A stretch of 64,000 nucleotides of DNA from Phaeosaccion multiseriatum. Its lineage: Eukaryota > Protista > Ochrophyta, other classes. The position numbers and the translations under genes are program-made. The notes under the pieces were generated by a model. It was given only the letters and a program-made list of their open reading frames with translations. It was not told the DNA's origin and made no database searches. Shown piece by piece: positions 62,970 through 64,000 of this stretch (position 1 is its first letter; each line of letters opens with the position of its first letter). The stretch lies in the NCBI GenBank assembly GCA_965112735.1, contig OZ218956.1, positions 1,364,001 through 1,428,000 on the forward strand, given 5' to 3'.

Positions 62970-64000
62970 TCACCGCCTCCCGCCCACCCAAACCCTTCCT
63001 GTGGGGTCCTCTTGCTCTGCGAAGTGGCGCAGATCGTATTGGCCCGGGCCGGGTGACGTCACTGCATCGACCTCTCGCTTGGCCCAATGCAGTTGCTCGT
63101 TGGTGAGCAGCAACGGCCTCTTAGTGCTGCTGTTGTCACCTCCACCGCTGGTGCTGCTGCCGCGCCGCCCCCTAGCCCCCCTCCTCCCCCTCCTCCCCCT
63201 ACTTGTAGCACCCGCTGCCGTATCACCAACTGCTGCTGCTGCTGCTGCTGCTGCCGCCTCACCAGCGGCTCCAAGCCCAGCTCCGCCGGTCCCTCCCGCC
63301 CTTGCCGCGGCGAGGAGGATGCTGTGCGAGAGAGAACCGTTCCCACCACCACGGCCACCACCACTACCCCCCTTCTTCGTTCCTCCCACCGCCTCGATAG
63401 ACCCGTACGTCGGGCCGGGTCTGAGCCTCCCCTGCTGAGTCTCAAGAGTGTGCCTCCCGCCCCGCCCCGCCGAGATTCGCCGGAGCGCCTCCTCGTCTCT
63501 CTGGAACTTGAGCAGTCGAATTACTTCGCGCCGTACCTCGTTCTTCTCCTCTGCGGCCTTTTGCAGAATGGCCCGACGGGCCCTCTTCTCGAGCTCTGCG
63601 TCTCCCTGCAAAGTGCATCAGTTTGAAGTTTTGAATTGAAGTTCGTGGGTTCAAGTTCGGTTCAGGTCAGGACGGGGGAGGGGGGTGGTTTAAAGCAAAT
63701 AAAAGGAGGCCCACAACCAAAACAAGAAAGTGACAAACACACACTCATCGAGGCTGCCCATACATATAAGGACTGGTCGCAGCAAGGCACTGTTTCAGCG
63801 GCAGTCTCGGTTGTCAGCTCAACTCACCATTTGCTGCGCGTGAGCGAGCGCCTCCTTGGGCGATATGATGCATTTGATGAGGTAGTTGCGCAAGTTGTCC
63901 TCGATCTCGTGCTGCAAGCTCTTGACGGCGTTTCTAGTAGGGGGAAAGGGGTCAAGAGGGAGGCGCGGGTGGGCGGGTTGGGGTGTGAATATATGCTGCA
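62970..64000 (-). CDS. 5'-partial coiled-coil protein with a PGPGQY (STPG/SHIPPO-like) motif
   Basis: Exon at about 63828-63933 (NAVKSLQHEIEDNLRNYL...AQQM|gtgagt) joins in phase to GDAELEKRARR...VTSPGPGQYD. The 3' end is uncertain. Confidence 0.55.

Overview
Eukaryotic, GC-rich, intron-rich nuclear DNA. It is most consistent with a stramenopile/ochrophyte-type alga, but the taxon cannot be fixed from the sequence alone. Recognisable spliced genes, mostly in divergent pairs: alpha-MPP, a CTL/PNS1-type choline transporter-like protein, a large GT48 1,3-beta-glucan synthase, an INTS6 homologue with a C-terminal WW domain, an inositol 5-phosphatase, an FAD-dependent oxidoreductase, mitoribosomal mL53, a secreted VWD/root-cap-like protein, a TPR protein, a START protein and an intronless PPR protein. 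Several unknown proteins, a frameshifted PIG-O fragment and a small TIR transposon family are also present. The most unusual signals are: (1) two tandem, paralogous long hairpins with G:U pairs and compensatory changes at 36.1-36.55 kb, a candidate miRNA cluster or structured ncRNA; (2) a DNA motif, CAG-TTGGTGATA-CAG, recurring inside exons of unrelated genes in different frames and strands; (3) a near-clonal PPR array whose code positions vary in a binary way and spell a readable RNA target; (4) a tandemly triplicated terminal micro-exon of the glucan synthase. Exon coordinates were read by eye and may be off by a few bases. Family assignments rest on recalled motifs, not database searches.
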